Below are positions 29,952-40,296 of a DNA stretch of 64,000 nt, in pieces. Position 1 is the first letter of the stretch, and each line of letters begins with the position of its first letter. A program made the position numbers and the translations under genes. Source of the DNA: Candidatus Bathyarchaeota archaeon (GTDB lineage: Archaea; Thermoproteota; Bathyarchaeia; Bathyarchaeales; Bathycorpusculaceae); the NCBI GenBank assembly GCA_963777155.1, contig CAVZPM010000039.1:116868-180867 (forward strand), read 5' to 3'. The notes below the pieces were generated by a model. That model ran no database searches. It worked only from the letters and a program-made list of their open reading frames with translations, and was not told the origin of the DNA.

Positions 29952-30422
29952 GTCAATAGTCTCTTCTTATTTTAAACTAAATATTCAATAATTTCTAGGA
30001 TTCAATGAACGATAGAATTAAGACAGATATGTCTTAACTGCTACTCCAATTCAACAACATTACTTAAGATCTCACTATTCACTCTTCTTAACTTTTGACA
30101 TTTTTTGGTTCATAAAATAAATGTAGATACCGCCGTGATAGCTTTGGTTTTTAAGAGCCGTTTTGGTATTGTTCATTTTCTATTCCTTGGTTGCACATAA
30201 GGTCCCAGAGCGTTGTTGTAATTTGGGGCTTGATTTAATAGCTCAAAGTTGCTTTCCATTAACTCAACCTGATAGCAAGCTATCTTTAGGGTTAAATAAT
30301 GATTCTTGAGAACGCTAGTTTGCCAACTCTGCAAAGCACACGTTGCTTTTTGAGAATTTGGCTTTTCAATTTTAGCAAACTTTTCTTGGCATTGAACTAG
30401 AGACTATAGACAAAGGATGTTT

Positions 30423-30833
30423 CTAGAAAGGGTTGGTTATAGGTATCAAACCTGCTCCGATGCCGATTAACGCTAGCACAAAGACTATGACGAATAGGAT
30501 TATGATGGCGATGATTACGGTGATTATGGTTATTGCCAAGGCTTTTGGCCACCCGCAGTCGAAGAAGTGCTTGATCAACGCAAGCCAAATAACGAACATT
30601 GCGATGTAGGCGATTATATTGGCGACCCCTGAGAGGGCATCCGTTAACAAGTAGTTGAAGAAGTAGAAAACCACGGTGCCTATTAATATGATCCATAGGG
30701 AATCAGTGAATTTAGCTTTCTGTTTACCAGCCAAGAGCCTGCCAGCAATCCAGAGAAATGGCGACACAAAAATCAGGTTCACCAAAATATTCACAATGAG
30801 CTGAATCAGTGCAGTCTCTATGTCGAATACCAT
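30423..30833 (-). CDS. hypothetical 4-TM membrane protein
   Basis: Four hydrophobic helices; KAKFTD and IKHFFDCGW motifs. Confidence 0.7.
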   Translation of the reverse strand: MVFDIETALIQLIVNILVNLIFVSPFLWIAGRLLAGKQKAKFTDSLWIILIGTVVFYFFNYLLTDALSGVANIIAYIAMFVIWLALIKHFFDCGWPKALAITIITVIIAIIILFVIVFVLALIGIGAGLIPITNPF

Positions 30834-30904
30834 TTTATTTCTTCCTAAAATTTGTGATAACTAGTATCTCTGAGTTGATTTAAAAATTTTATGCAAATGC
30901 CAAC

Positions 30905-32023
30905 TTAGAGGTGGAACTTGCGGTTCTTCGCTGCAACGTCATTGCCGAACTCCTTAGCCAACTGTTCAATGAGAACCCGTTGTTGATTTGTAAGTTTTTC
31001 GGGAATAGAAAGGCCAATACGCACTAGCAAATCGCCTCTGCCGTAACCTCGGAAATGCGGCATCCCCCTGCCTCTCAAGGTTACAGTTTCCCCAGGTTGG
31101 GTACCAGGACGCACCCTAATGATTGTTGGGCCTTCCAAAGTTGGTATAGATATTTCTGCACCCAAGGCCGCTTGAGGATAAGTGATAAATGCAATGTGCC
31201 AGAGGTCGTCGCCTTCCCGCATGAATTGGGGGTTTGGCTTCACATGCACAATGACATAAAGGTCGCCTGCTTCGCCGTCAATAACTTCCATCTCGCCTTC
31301 ACCGCGGAGCCGTAGCTGGTAGCCTTCGTCTATACCCATTGGGATTTTAACGGTGATTTTACGTCTACGCCGGAAGAGGCCTGCACCGTGGCAATTGGTG
31401 CAAGGCGAATCAATGAGTCTGCCTTTGCCTTTGCATGTTGGACAAGGTGCAACCTGAACGTACGTGGCAAAGCCGGCTTTGCGCATGTTCTGAATTTTTC
31501 CTGAGCCACCACAACGGGGACAGGTACGTGCTTGGGTACCTGGATTTGCTCCTGAGCCGCCGCAGACTTCGCAGCGTTCTGTTCTGGGTATTTCGACTTC
31601 TTTTTCGGTACCTTTAGCGGCTTCTTCTAAGGTGATTTCAAGGTTGTATGCGAGATCTTGTCCGCGGTTGCGTTCTTCGTAGCCGCTAAACCCACTTTGA
31701 CCTCCAAATATGGTTCGAAACAGATCGCCGAAGCCCATGTCTCGGAAGACGGAGTCGAAGTCTGCTCCGCGGAAAATGTCTTCCGAAGTATAGCGTTGGT
31801 CAAATCCTTGGTGTCCAAGGTTATCGTATGTTTGACGTTTCTGGTCGTCGGATAAAACGGCATAGGCTTCTGAGATTTCCTTGAAACGTTCCTCGGCGCC
31901 AACGTCTTTATTACGATCTGGATGAAACTGCATGGCAAGTTTCCTATACGCGTCCTTGATTTCGTCCTTGGAAGCACTTTTCTGAACGCCTAAAACCTCG
32001 TAGTAGTCTCTTTTTTCAGCCAT
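30905..32023 (-). CDS. dnaJ: chaperone DnaJ
   Basis: J domain with HPD; four CxxCxGxG repeats; C-terminal domain. Confidence 0.97.
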   Translation of the reverse strand: MAEKRDYYEVLGVQKSASKDEIKDAYRKLAMQFHPDRNKDVGAEERFKEISEAYAVLSDDQKRQTYDNLGHQGFDQRYTSEDIFRGADFDSVFRDMGFGDLFRTIFGGQSGFSGYEERNRGQDLAYNLEITLEEAAKGTEKEVEIPRTERCEVCGGSGANPGTQARTCPRCGGSGKIQNMRKAGFATYVQVAPCPTCKGKGRLIDSPCTNCHGAGLFRRRRKITVKIPMGIDEGYQLRLRGEGEMEVIDGEAGDLYVIVHVKPNPQFMREGDDLWHIAFITYPQAALGAEISIPTLEGPTIIRVRPGTQPGETVTLRGRGMPHFRGYGRGDLLVRIGLSIPEKLTNQQRVLIEQLAKEFGNDVAAKNRKFHL

Positions 32024-32370
32024 GTGACCTTACCGTTAGGGTGATTTTTTGAACTTTGATACAATGCTTTAGACTGAGATTTAAGGTATTTCCCAGCTTC
32101 TACTGTTTTAGGGTGTTGAGCATTTAGACGCGATTTCTTCTATAGCCTTTAAGATAGACGCGAATACAAATCGGTTTGCGTTTGTTAAGTTGCAGAACTT
32201 TTTGCTATGATTGGTATTCTGGAGACGCTGAAAAACCTTAATTGACCAAAGAGTAAATTCCCCCAGTTTCTACCACTTAAAATTGTACTATACACTAGTA
32301 AGTATCGAGTTGTAGTTAAAAAAACTGGAAATTAACTATTTTATGCAAGGAGAGGAAATTTAGCTTAGGA

Positions 32371-33018
32371 TTACTCTATAGAATTTGCCGCCGTCAAATT
32401 GGTCGAGAAGGTTTGAATTGTGGATCCCCGAATCCATGCGTCCGGGTTTTGATATTTCACAACCGGAGTTATTTGTCTAAGTCTGTTTGCTTCAGTTTGT
32501 TCCAACGCAAAAATAATCTCAACCAACTCTTCTCTATGTCGCTCTTTTTCTTCAGCGATTTTTTCAAAGACCTTGGCAAAATTCTCAACGTTAGCATTTG
32601 AGTATTTGGTTACTTCTTGAGCTATAGCATTAGTTGCTGTTGAATGCGCGTAGCTGCTGTAGGCGTCTGTTAGGAACTTTTCGAGTTTGGTTAATTCTTT
32701 TAGTACTTCACAGCTTGATTGATAGTTTAGGCAGTTGATTCTTTGGATTTCTTTTGAGAAGATTGAAAGTTGCGTGGCCAAGTCGGTTAGGTCTTTTTTG
32801 GTTTTTACGTTTTCAGTATTAGTTTGATCAAAACAATCGAGAATAGCTTGCATGATTTTCGAACATTTTAGGCTATCGTAAGCCATTCCTAAGACGAGGC
32901 TGCTTTCTGGATGATTTATTTTCTTTGATAATTTGTCGTAGATGTTGAAACACTCGTTTTCTATGAGTCCAAAACCTCGTAGGTATTGTGTACTTTCTTC
33001 TAACTTCATTTTACCCAC
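32371..33018 (-). CDS. ferritin-like helical-bundle protein (degenerate ligands)
   Basis: IENECFNIY...LEKFLTDAY...IAEEKERHREEL pattern of a rubrerythrin/ferritin-like fold. Confidence 0.55.
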   Translation of the reverse strand: MGKMKLEESTQYLRGFGLIENECFNIYDKLSKKINHPESSLVLGMAYDSLKCSKIMQAILDCFDQTNTENVKTKKDLTDLATQLSIFSKEIQRINCLNYQSSCEVLKELTKLEKFLTDAYSSYAHSTATNAIAQEVTKYSNANVENFAKVFEKIAEEKERHREELVEIIFALEQTEANRLRQITPVVKYQNPDAWIRGSTIQTFSTNLTAANSIE

Positions 33019-33161
33019 AGAATAAGGTTCTATCGTGAATATTAATAAACATTATTGTTCCGAGAAACAAACAAACACCTGTTCTACAAAGCAACTTACT
33101 GGACAAATTGCCTGTCAATATAAGGAGTATCTTAAAAAAAGGTAAGATTTGTAGCCTAGGG

Positions 33162-35072
33162 CTACTTTACCTTGTAGTCTTCTGAGTCAACTACGTGTTC
33201 GCCTTCGGGTCCTGCTTGGGGTGCCTCGCTTTGTTGTGGTTCTGGTCCTGCTCCAGGCTGCGGTCCCGCTTGCTGACCTCCTGGCTGTTGTTGAGCATAT
33301 TGCTGGGCGGCTTGCTGATAGACTTTGGTTCCGACTTCCTGCAGAACCTTCTGTAATGCATCGGATTTGGCTTTAACAGCTGCCATGTCGTTGCTGGCTA
33401 AGGCATTCTTAAGTTCAGTTACAGCTGCGTCGATTTTGGCAACCTCTTCAGGGCTGATTTTGCCTGCAAGATCTGCTTTAGTTCGGTCAGCGGTATAGAC
33501 AAGGCTGTCGGCGTTGTTGCGGGTTTCGGCTTCTTCTCTCTTTTGGCGGTCTTGTTCTTGGAATTGTTCGGCGTCTTTGATTAGGCGTTCCTTTTCTTCT
33601 TTGTTGAGCTTGGTTGAGGCGGTTATACGGATTTTGTTTTCTTTGCCTGTGCCGCGGTCTTTAGCGGTGACATTTAGGATGCCGTTGGCATCTATATCAA
33701 AGGTGACTTCGATCTGTGGGACGCCTCTTGGTGCAGGTGGCAAATCGACGAGGTTAAACATACCTAGTGAGACGTTGTCAGTTGACATGGCGCGTTCGCC
33801 TTGCAACACATGGATAGTGACTGCAGTTTGGAAGTCAGCGGCTGTAGTGAAGACTTGGCTGCGTTTGGTGGGGATGGTAGTGTTCTTTTCGAGGACTTTG
33901 GTCATGACGCCGCCCATGGTTTCAACACCGAGGCTTAGGGGGGTAACATCGAGGAGCAGTAGGTCTGTGACTTCTCCAGTGATGACGCCTGCTTGGATAG
34001 CTGCGCCGATGGCGACACATTCCATGGGGTCTAGTCCGCGTTCGGGAGCTTTTCCGAGGATTTGCTCTACGAAGCGTTGGACAAGGGGCATTCTGGTCAT
34101 GCCGCCGATGAGGATGATTTTGTCAACTTGTGTTGGATTCAGTTTGGCGTCTTCTAAGGCTTTTAGCAGGGTGGGCCTTGTGCGCTCGACGACGGGTTGT
34201 GCAAGGGATTCTAGTTTAGTTCGAGTTAGGGTTAGGCGTAGGTGTTTGGGTCCCGAGGCGTCTGAGGTTAAGAATGGTAGATCGATGTCGGTGCTCATGA
34301 GAGTGGAGAGTTCGATTTTGGCTTTCTCTGCCGCTTCTTTTAGTCTGGACATGGCCATGCGGTCGCCTGATACATCCACTCCTGACTGGCGCTTGAATTC
34401 GTCGAGGATATAACCCACGACTGCTTTGTCCACGTCGGTTCCACCCAACTGAGTATCGCCACTGGTGCTTAGAACCTGAAAAACGCCCTTGCCAAAGTCC
34501 ATTAAGGTGACGTCGTGAGTTCCGCCTCCGAAACTGAATACGAGAATTTTCATTTCGTGCTCCAGTTTGTCGATGCCGTATGCGAGGCAGGCTGCAGTGG
34601 GTTCGTTGATAATGCGCATGACTTCGAACCCAGCAATTTCGCCTGAATCTTTAGTGGCCTGTCGCTGGTTGTCGTTGAAGTGGGCGGGCACTGTGATGAC
34701 GGCTTTGTTTATGTTTCCGCCAAGGTAGGTTTCGGCGTCTTTCTTTATCTTCTGCAGTATGAACGCTGAAATCTGTTGTGGGCTGTATTCTTTTCCATAT
34801 GCGTTCACTTTCGCATCGCTGCCCATTTTGCGTTTTATCTCAAAGAAGGTGCCTTCGGGGTTGGTGGTTGCTTGGCGTTTGGCTGATTCTCCAACTAAAA
34901 GTTGCCCATCCTTTGTGAAGGCAACAACTGATGGAAACATTTTCCCAGCCATTGTGGGGCCTTCCGCACTCGGAATAACTGTTGCGTGTCCCCCCTCGTA
35001 GATGGCGGCTGCTGAATTGGTTGTTCCCAAATCGATACCTAATACTTTTTGATTTGTTTTTTGATTACTCAT
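33162..35072 (-). CDS. dnaK: chaperone DnaK (Hsp70)
   Basis: [37 protein letters not shown] and [14 protein letters not shown]. Confidence 0.97.
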   Translation of the reverse strand: MSNQKTNQKVLGIDLGTTNSAAAIYEGGHATVIPSAEGPTMAGKMFPSVVAFTKDGQLLVGESAKRQATTNPEGTFFEIKRKMGSDAKVNAYGKEYSPQQISAFILQKIKKDAETYLGGNINKAVITVPAHFNDNQRQATKDSGEIAGFEVMRIINEPTAACLAYGIDKLEHEMKILVFSFGGGTHDVTLMDFGKGVFQVLSTSGDTQLGGTDVDKAVVGYILDEFKRQSGVDVSGDRMAMSRLKEAAEKAKIELSTLMSTDIDLPFLTSDASGPKHLRLTLTRTKLESLAQPVVERTRPTLLKALEDAKLNPTQVDKIILIGGMTRMPLVQRFVEQILGKAPERGLDPMECVAIGAAIQAGVITGEVTDLLLLDVTPLSLGVETMGGVMTKVLEKNTTIPTKRSQVFTTAADFQTAVTIHVLQGERAMSTDNVSLGMFNLVDLPPAPRGVPQIEVTFDIDANGILNVTAKDRGTGKENKIRITASTKLNKEEKERLIKDAEQFQEQDRQKREEAETRNNADSLVYTADRTKADLAGKISPEEVAKIDAAVTELKNALASNDMAAVKAKSDALQKVLQEVGTKVYQQAAQQYAQQQPGGQQAGPQPGAGPEPQQSEAPQAGPEGEHVVDSEDYKVK

Positions 35073-35611
35073 TCTTGTTTTTCCTCCATTTTGTTATTCT
35101 TATTACTCTGATTTTTTGGCTTGACTGCCACACGTACAATACTGGGGCGAATTACTCTACCCCTTAAAGTATACCCTTTCCGTATCTGGTCGATTACGGT
35201 TGATTCTGCAACATCCTCTCGTTCCTCGGTTGCTATGGCGTTGTGTAATGAGGAGTCAAAAGGTTTGCCTTGTGGGTCGGGTATTTCACACACTCCTTCT
35301 TGCTCAAGAGCCTTTCTGAGCTTGTTTAGCGTCATTTCTACCCCCTCCAGTAAGTTCTGGGTAGATTGGTTAGAGATTTCCCCATTCTTCACTGCAAGCT
35401 CCAATTCATCAACTACATCCAACAGCTGCATAACAATACGTTCGTTGCAGTAGCATTTTATCTGCTCAGTCTCACGATCGAAGCGTTTTTTAACGTTTTC
35501 GAAATCTGCTTGCAAATATTTTAGTCTAGTCAGGTAGTCCTCGGATCGTTTCTTCTCGTTTTCTAGTAGTTGCTCAAAATTTTCAGGCTGAGACTCTTTG
35601 GCGTCGGTCAT
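35069..35611 (-). CDS. grpE: nucleotide exchange factor GrpE
   Basis: [20 protein letters not shown] and [15 protein letters not shown]. Confidence 0.95.
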   Translation of the reverse strand: MTDAKESQPENFEQLLENEKKRSEDYLTRLKYLQADFENVKKRFDRETEQIKCYCNERIVMQLLDVVDELELAVKNGEISNQSTQNLLEGVEMTLNKLRKALEQEGVCEIPDPQGKPFDSSLHNAIATEEREDVAESTVIDQIRKGYTLRGRVIRPSIVRVAVKPKNQSNKNNKMEEKQE

Positions 35612-35637
35612 GATGGATTTGTCCCTCTTGGCTTATT

Positions 35638-36081
35638 CTATGCGATGTATTTTTCCTTTTTTGTGTCTCTTGGTTTTAGTTGTTCTGCAGGCAACGCCGG
35701 GATTTGTTCTTGTTGGATTTGATTGTATGATGCTTGGCTCGTTTGTTCTACGAATTTTTTGAATATTATTTCAGCGACTAGGTCTCCGACTGCTTCTTCT
35801 TTGAGTTCATTATTGAAGAAGTGTTTCTTGAAGGATTCTGTAATTTCGTTCTTGTCTACGATGACTTTTTGGTTTGCGCTGTCATTCCATGCTTGGGTCA
35901 TTAGCTTGTAGCCTAATTCTATGAAGATGTTGACCATCGTGGTGTAGTCTATATCGAACGGAGCGTCTCCAGTTAAGAAACGCCCTTTTGTGAGCAAGAT
36001 TTTTTTGTCGTTTTCTGGGGTTACTGTTAAGCTTCTGCGCATTTTTTCACCAGTGTCATGGTGCATTTTGCACCGCTTCAC
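35638..36081 (-). CDS. hypothetical protein heading the grpE-dnaK operon (possible DNA-binding protein)
   Basis: Co-oriented, 26 bp upstream of grpE; N-terminal RRSLTV strand followed by helices. Confidence 0.6.
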   Translation of the reverse strand: MKRCKMHHDTGEKMRRSLTVTPENDKKILLTKGRFLTGDAPFDIDYTTMVNIFIELGYKLMTQAWNDSANQKVIVDKNEITESFKKHFFNNELKEEAVGDLVAEIIFKKFVEQTSQASYNQIQQEQIPALPAEQLKPRDTKKEKYIA

Positions 36082-36234
36082 CTAAAGCACACCTGTGCAT
36101 GCTTGCTTATATATTTTCTGCCAAAAAACTCGAAAAAGAATCAAAGAGTGTCCAAATTACATCTCGTTACATCTAATGGATTCACTCGAGTCGCGAATCT
36201 CACTGACCAAAAACAAGTAACTAAAGAAAAGAGG

Positions 36235-37201
36235 CTAGGCTGACTCGCATTTCTGCAAGAGCCGACTCCAACGCTCATCAGTTGCATCGTTGCATCTCGT
36301 CTAGGATATGGCTATTCTGTGGTGTAAACAGGTGCCTGAACCTACCCTGCCCCTCCAAGTACGCTTTCACCGGCTTCTTTTTCTGCGGCGCCAAAGCAAT
36401 CAGTTTACTTGGGGTTGAGAGTTGTCGTTTGCCGTTGACGGCTTCCCAAATCGGGAATACGCAGGATTCCACTGAGAGTTTGCTGTACTCCATTGTTTTT
36501 GCGGGTTCGCTTCTCCAACCTCGAGGGCATGGAGCAAATACATGCAAAAACGCTGGTCCCTCAACCTCTATGCCTTTGCGGACTTTGGTTAGCATGTCTT
36601 TCCAGTAGTAGGGTGTTGCTGTGGCGACATATTCCATTTCGTGAGCGAGCATGATTTCGGTTATGGGTTTTTTCTTCTCGAGTTTGCCTGGGTTTACTGA
36701 GCCTGCGGGGGTGGTTGTAGTTGCTGCACCTGTTGGGGTTCCGCCACTACGCTGGATTCCAGTATTCATGTAACCTTCATTATCGTAAAGTATGAAGAGG
36801 AAATCATGTCCACGTTCAACTGCACCCGAGAGAGCTTGTAAACCAATATCTATGGTTCCGCCGTCACCAGCCAACGCGATGACATCGACGTGCTCCTGCT
36901 TGATTTTGCCTTTCTTACGCATAATTTTCAGAGCAGCCTCAATGCCTGAAGCATTTGCCGCAGCGTTTTCAAAGGCGGTATGCAGCCAAGGGAGCGCCCA
37001 AGATGTGTACGGATAGATAGAGCCGACGATTTCCATACAGCCTGTTGCTTGGGTTACAATGGTTGGTCCGCGGGTTGCTTTCATTATTAGCCGTAACGCT
37101 GCAGCTGGTCCGCAGCCTGCACATGCACGGTGTCCTGAAAGGAACAGGTCGGGTTTTAGCGCGATGTCTTTTGCGGTAAATTTCCATTCTTGAGTGGTCA
37201 T
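36235..37201 (-). CDS. porB: pyruvate:ferredoxin oxidoreductase beta subunit (indel near the C-terminus)
   Basis: SGHRACAGCG, GDGG..DIG...DNEGYMNTGIQRS TPP motif and APCPRGW; tail TDERWSRLLQKCESA* in a shifted frame. Confidence 0.92.
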
Positions 37202-37212
37202 TTTCTTATCTC

Positions 37213-38451
37213 CTACTCCCTTAATCCAAAATAATGCACGGTTTTCTCTACCTGTCCAGTTTTAGCTATGCGGATGAGGTCCTCAAATATGCGGCGTAGG
37301 TCACGTGGGCTACTGTCTCTACCACCAAGACCAAAAATGTAATCCACCATTATTGGGCGTTCTTTTAGATCGTAGAGTGCGTTTCGGACTTCATGGAAAA
37401 CTGCGGCGCCTAAGCCACCGGGACTCATGCTCTTATCCATAACTGCAACAGCTTTAATGTTTTTTAGAGCATTTTTAAGATCTTCGACGGGTAGAGGCCG
37501 GAACGTTCGAAGTCTTAGAACACCTGCTTTGATGCCTTCCTCTCTTAGTTTATCAACAATGACTTTCAGGGTTCCAGCGGTTGAGCCTATGCAAACAATA
37601 GCGATTTCGGCGTCGTCAAGCTTATATTCGTCGATCAGTCCGTTGCCGTAACTCCTACCGCTGATGGTTGCGTATTCGCTGTTGACTTCTTGGATCTTTT
37701 TTAGGGCGTTTCTCATGCCTTCTTCCTGTTGCCGCTTGAACTCAAAATAGTAGTTTTGTAATGCATTGGGTCCCATGGTCATTGGATTTTCGGGGTCAAG
37801 CTTGAATGGAACTGTTTTTCCCTCGTGAGTCAGCACCAAAGGATATTGGCGTTCCCCGACGAATTTTTTGACGGCTGTCTTCGTTGAGCACGTCAACTCT
37901 TTCCAACGTGTGGCTGATAGTGAATCCGTCTAAACCGACTATTATCGGCAGTGAAATCCCCAGTGTCTTCGGCAATCTTGAAGGCTTGAATTATGCAGTC
38001 GTAGGCTTCTTGGGCGTTTTCAACGTAAATTTGTAATCCACCCGCTGTCTCGTTCAGCCATGCTGTCTGAGTGGTCACCATGAATGTTCAGCGGTGCAGA
38101 CAGATGCTCGGTTTGCAACAGCCATTACAACTGGTGCTCGTGAACCTGAAGTCACAAATAGCATTTCATGCATCAGCGCTAAGCCTGCTGATGCGCTGGC
38201 TGTGAAGGTGCGCGCTCCTGTGGCTGCCGCTGCAAGACAAGCCGTCATGGCGCTGTGCTCTGATTCAGTGCAGACAAATTCCGTTTGGACTTCTCCGTTT
38301 GCAACATATTCGCTGAATTTTTCGACGATGATTGTTTGCGGAGTAATGGGGTACGCTGCAACAACGTCAACGTTACATTGTTTAACGGCGAAGGCAACTG
38401 CTTCGTCTCCGTTCATAGCAATAGGTTCTTGTTTAGTTTGTTGAGTGTCAT
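37213..38451 (-). CDS. porA: pyruvate:ferredoxin oxidoreductase alpha subunit (split by apparent indels)
   Basis: [16 protein letters not shown] and LRTFRPLP...FGLGGRD across ORFs 38075-38416, 37893-38081 and 37213-37896. Confidence 0.9.
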
Positions 38452-38453
38452 TT

Positions 38454-38738
38454 TTATTCCTCGGGCATTTTCATGGTTATTGCTTTGGTTGGGCATTCGT
38501 TGGCGCATATTCCACAACCTTTGCAGAAGCTGAAGTCAAACTCGATTTTACCCATTTCTGGACGCCATTTTATCGCGCCTTCTGGACACATCATCACGCA
38601 TGTCAAGCATACAGTGCATTTTTCTAGGTCGCGTATTGGCATGTAGGTTTTCCAGTCGCCGGTCATAAATCCGATGCTTGATTTTGGAGGAACACCTGCT
38701 ATCGAGATTTCTTTCCAAGTTTTTTCTTTGCTGCTCAT
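38454..38738 (-). CDS. porD: pyruvate:ferredoxin oxidoreductase delta subunit
   Basis: [18 protein letters not shown] and [12 protein letters not shown]. Confidence 0.93.
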   Translation of the reverse strand: MSSKEKTWKEISIAGVPPKSSIGFMTGDWKTYMPIRDLEKCTVCLTCVMMCPEGAIKWRPEMGKIEFDFSFCKGCGICANECPTKAITMKMPEE

Positions 38739-39299
38739 ATGACTTTTGCCTCTTTGTATGCTTCTTGGATAACTGCAAAGTTCTTCTCAGCTAAATCCGG
38801 TCGGAAACGTCCCTTGAGGGTTTTCTCGTATCCCTTTAAGCGTAACGATCTCGGTTGCTTTAGCTACAACACCTAGTAATGCAGTGTTGGTTATTGGGGC
38901 ACCGAGGATTCGCAGGGCAATTTCGGTGGCGGGAACTGTCCACACCTTGCCTTTGGTCACACGCAGGTTTTCTTTAAGAACTGCTGGGTCCTCACTGGAA
39001 TTAATGATTAAAGAGGCTTCATCTCGATTTAATCCAGCGGTTACTGGGACAGTTTTCAACAATGTATTGTCTAGAACCACTACAACATCTGGGTCGTAGA
39101 TTGCACAATGTAGCCGTATTGGTTCAGTGCTAATTCTGGTGAAGGCAGTTACTGGTGCGCCCATTCTTTCGGGTCCAAACTCTGGAAAAGATTGGATGTA
39201 CTTACCCTCGTCGAGGGCTGTTCTTGCCAAAAGTTCACTGGCTGTCCAAGCACCTTGCCCACCTCTACCATGCCATCTAAACTCTACCATAGTTTTCAA
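38735..39299 (-). CDS. porG: pyruvate:ferredoxin oxidoreductase gamma subunit (indel near the C-terminus)
   Basis: WHGRGGQG, FPEFGPERMGAP and NTALLG; tail continues in a shifted frame to a TGA overlapping the porD ATG. Confidence 0.92.
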
Positions 39300-39685
39300 A
39301 GCATTCCCCTCACTAAAGTATGTTCTGAAGTAAATTGACGATTACCTTGATATACATTTTTCTCTGAATTCTTGACATTTCTAAGTGTTTTGGGCTTTTT
39401 TCTTTCCAATCCTATTTCTTCTTCTTGAAAATCTTAACGCTTTCTCCGCCATTCGACATCTTGGAAGCCAAGTTCTGTAAACTTATTGACTACAAAATTG
39501 TTTGGGGTCAGGTGGTTGCGTAAACTGTCGGTTGGTCTTTTTCAGGCAGGTGATATTCCAGCTTCATGAAGGACCTTTAAAAGGTCTTCTAGGATTGACT
39601 GCAATGTACATAAGGTTAGAGGCGAAGGCTACGAGTAAGCTTAAATACTTTTGTGGAACTGAAAGTGGCAGAGCACTGATGGTTT

Positions 39686-39762
39686 GCCGCCGTTGCACAG
39701 CCCGGTAGTGCAACTGACTGTTAATCAGTAGGTCAAAGGTTCGAGTCCTTTCGGCGGCGCCA
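39686..39762 (+). tRNA. tRNA-Asn(GTT), intronless, CCA encoded
   Basis: Acceptor GCCGCCG/CGGCGGC; anticodon arm ACTGA-CTGTTAA-TCAGT; T arm AAAGG-TTCGAGT-CCTTT; 3' G-CCA; TTAAATA box at 39641. Confidence 0.96.
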
Positions 39763-40296
39763 CTTCCCAATTACATTTCAAAACGTTTTCTCTCTTCATT
39801 TCCAATCTTTGCCTTTTTAGGAGGTAGTACCTAAAATAGATAAATTGGTTTTTTAGTTTTTTTAGGGTTTACGGATAAGAACTGGCTTGTATCTCTTTTA
39901 TGTGCTAACAAAGTAACAAATAAGGAGAAAAAGTATTACAATGTTTGAATCTATAAGGCATGCCAAAAATAATGACAAATCCCGCTTCTATGAAAAGAGA
40001 ATTGCAAAAACGTGAGCTACTTTAGAAACTAATTTTAGACAAAGTTTATCAAAACATGGCTTAATAAATATCATTTTCCACGCAGTGGATCAAACAGGTG
40101 CTTAAAGGTAAAAAACCCTTGACTTAGGTTTTTTTAACATAAACAATGTGCAAAAACGCCATTCAAAAATACATCTTATTATTAATTTTTATAGACAAAA
40201 ACATTAATTAAATTTCACATATTTGCGCTCTTTACAAAGTTTTATAAATTGAACTGTTGACTGTAGAGGCACCGAAAAAAGGAAGAGAAGAAAAAA

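Noticed and set aside
33514-34413. 299-aa antisense ORF within dnaK, and similar shadow ORFs within the ATPase, acs and asnS
   Set aside because: Well-known antisense open frames caused by codon bias in conserved genes.
36125-36155. CIRCE element upstream of the grpE operon
   Set aside because: Only ACTC...GAGTG with 14-nt spacing; it does not match TTAGCACTC-N9-GAGTGCTAA.
39502-39770. Short ORFs over the tRNA region
   Set aside because: They overlap tRNA-Asn and its promoter, so they are spurious.
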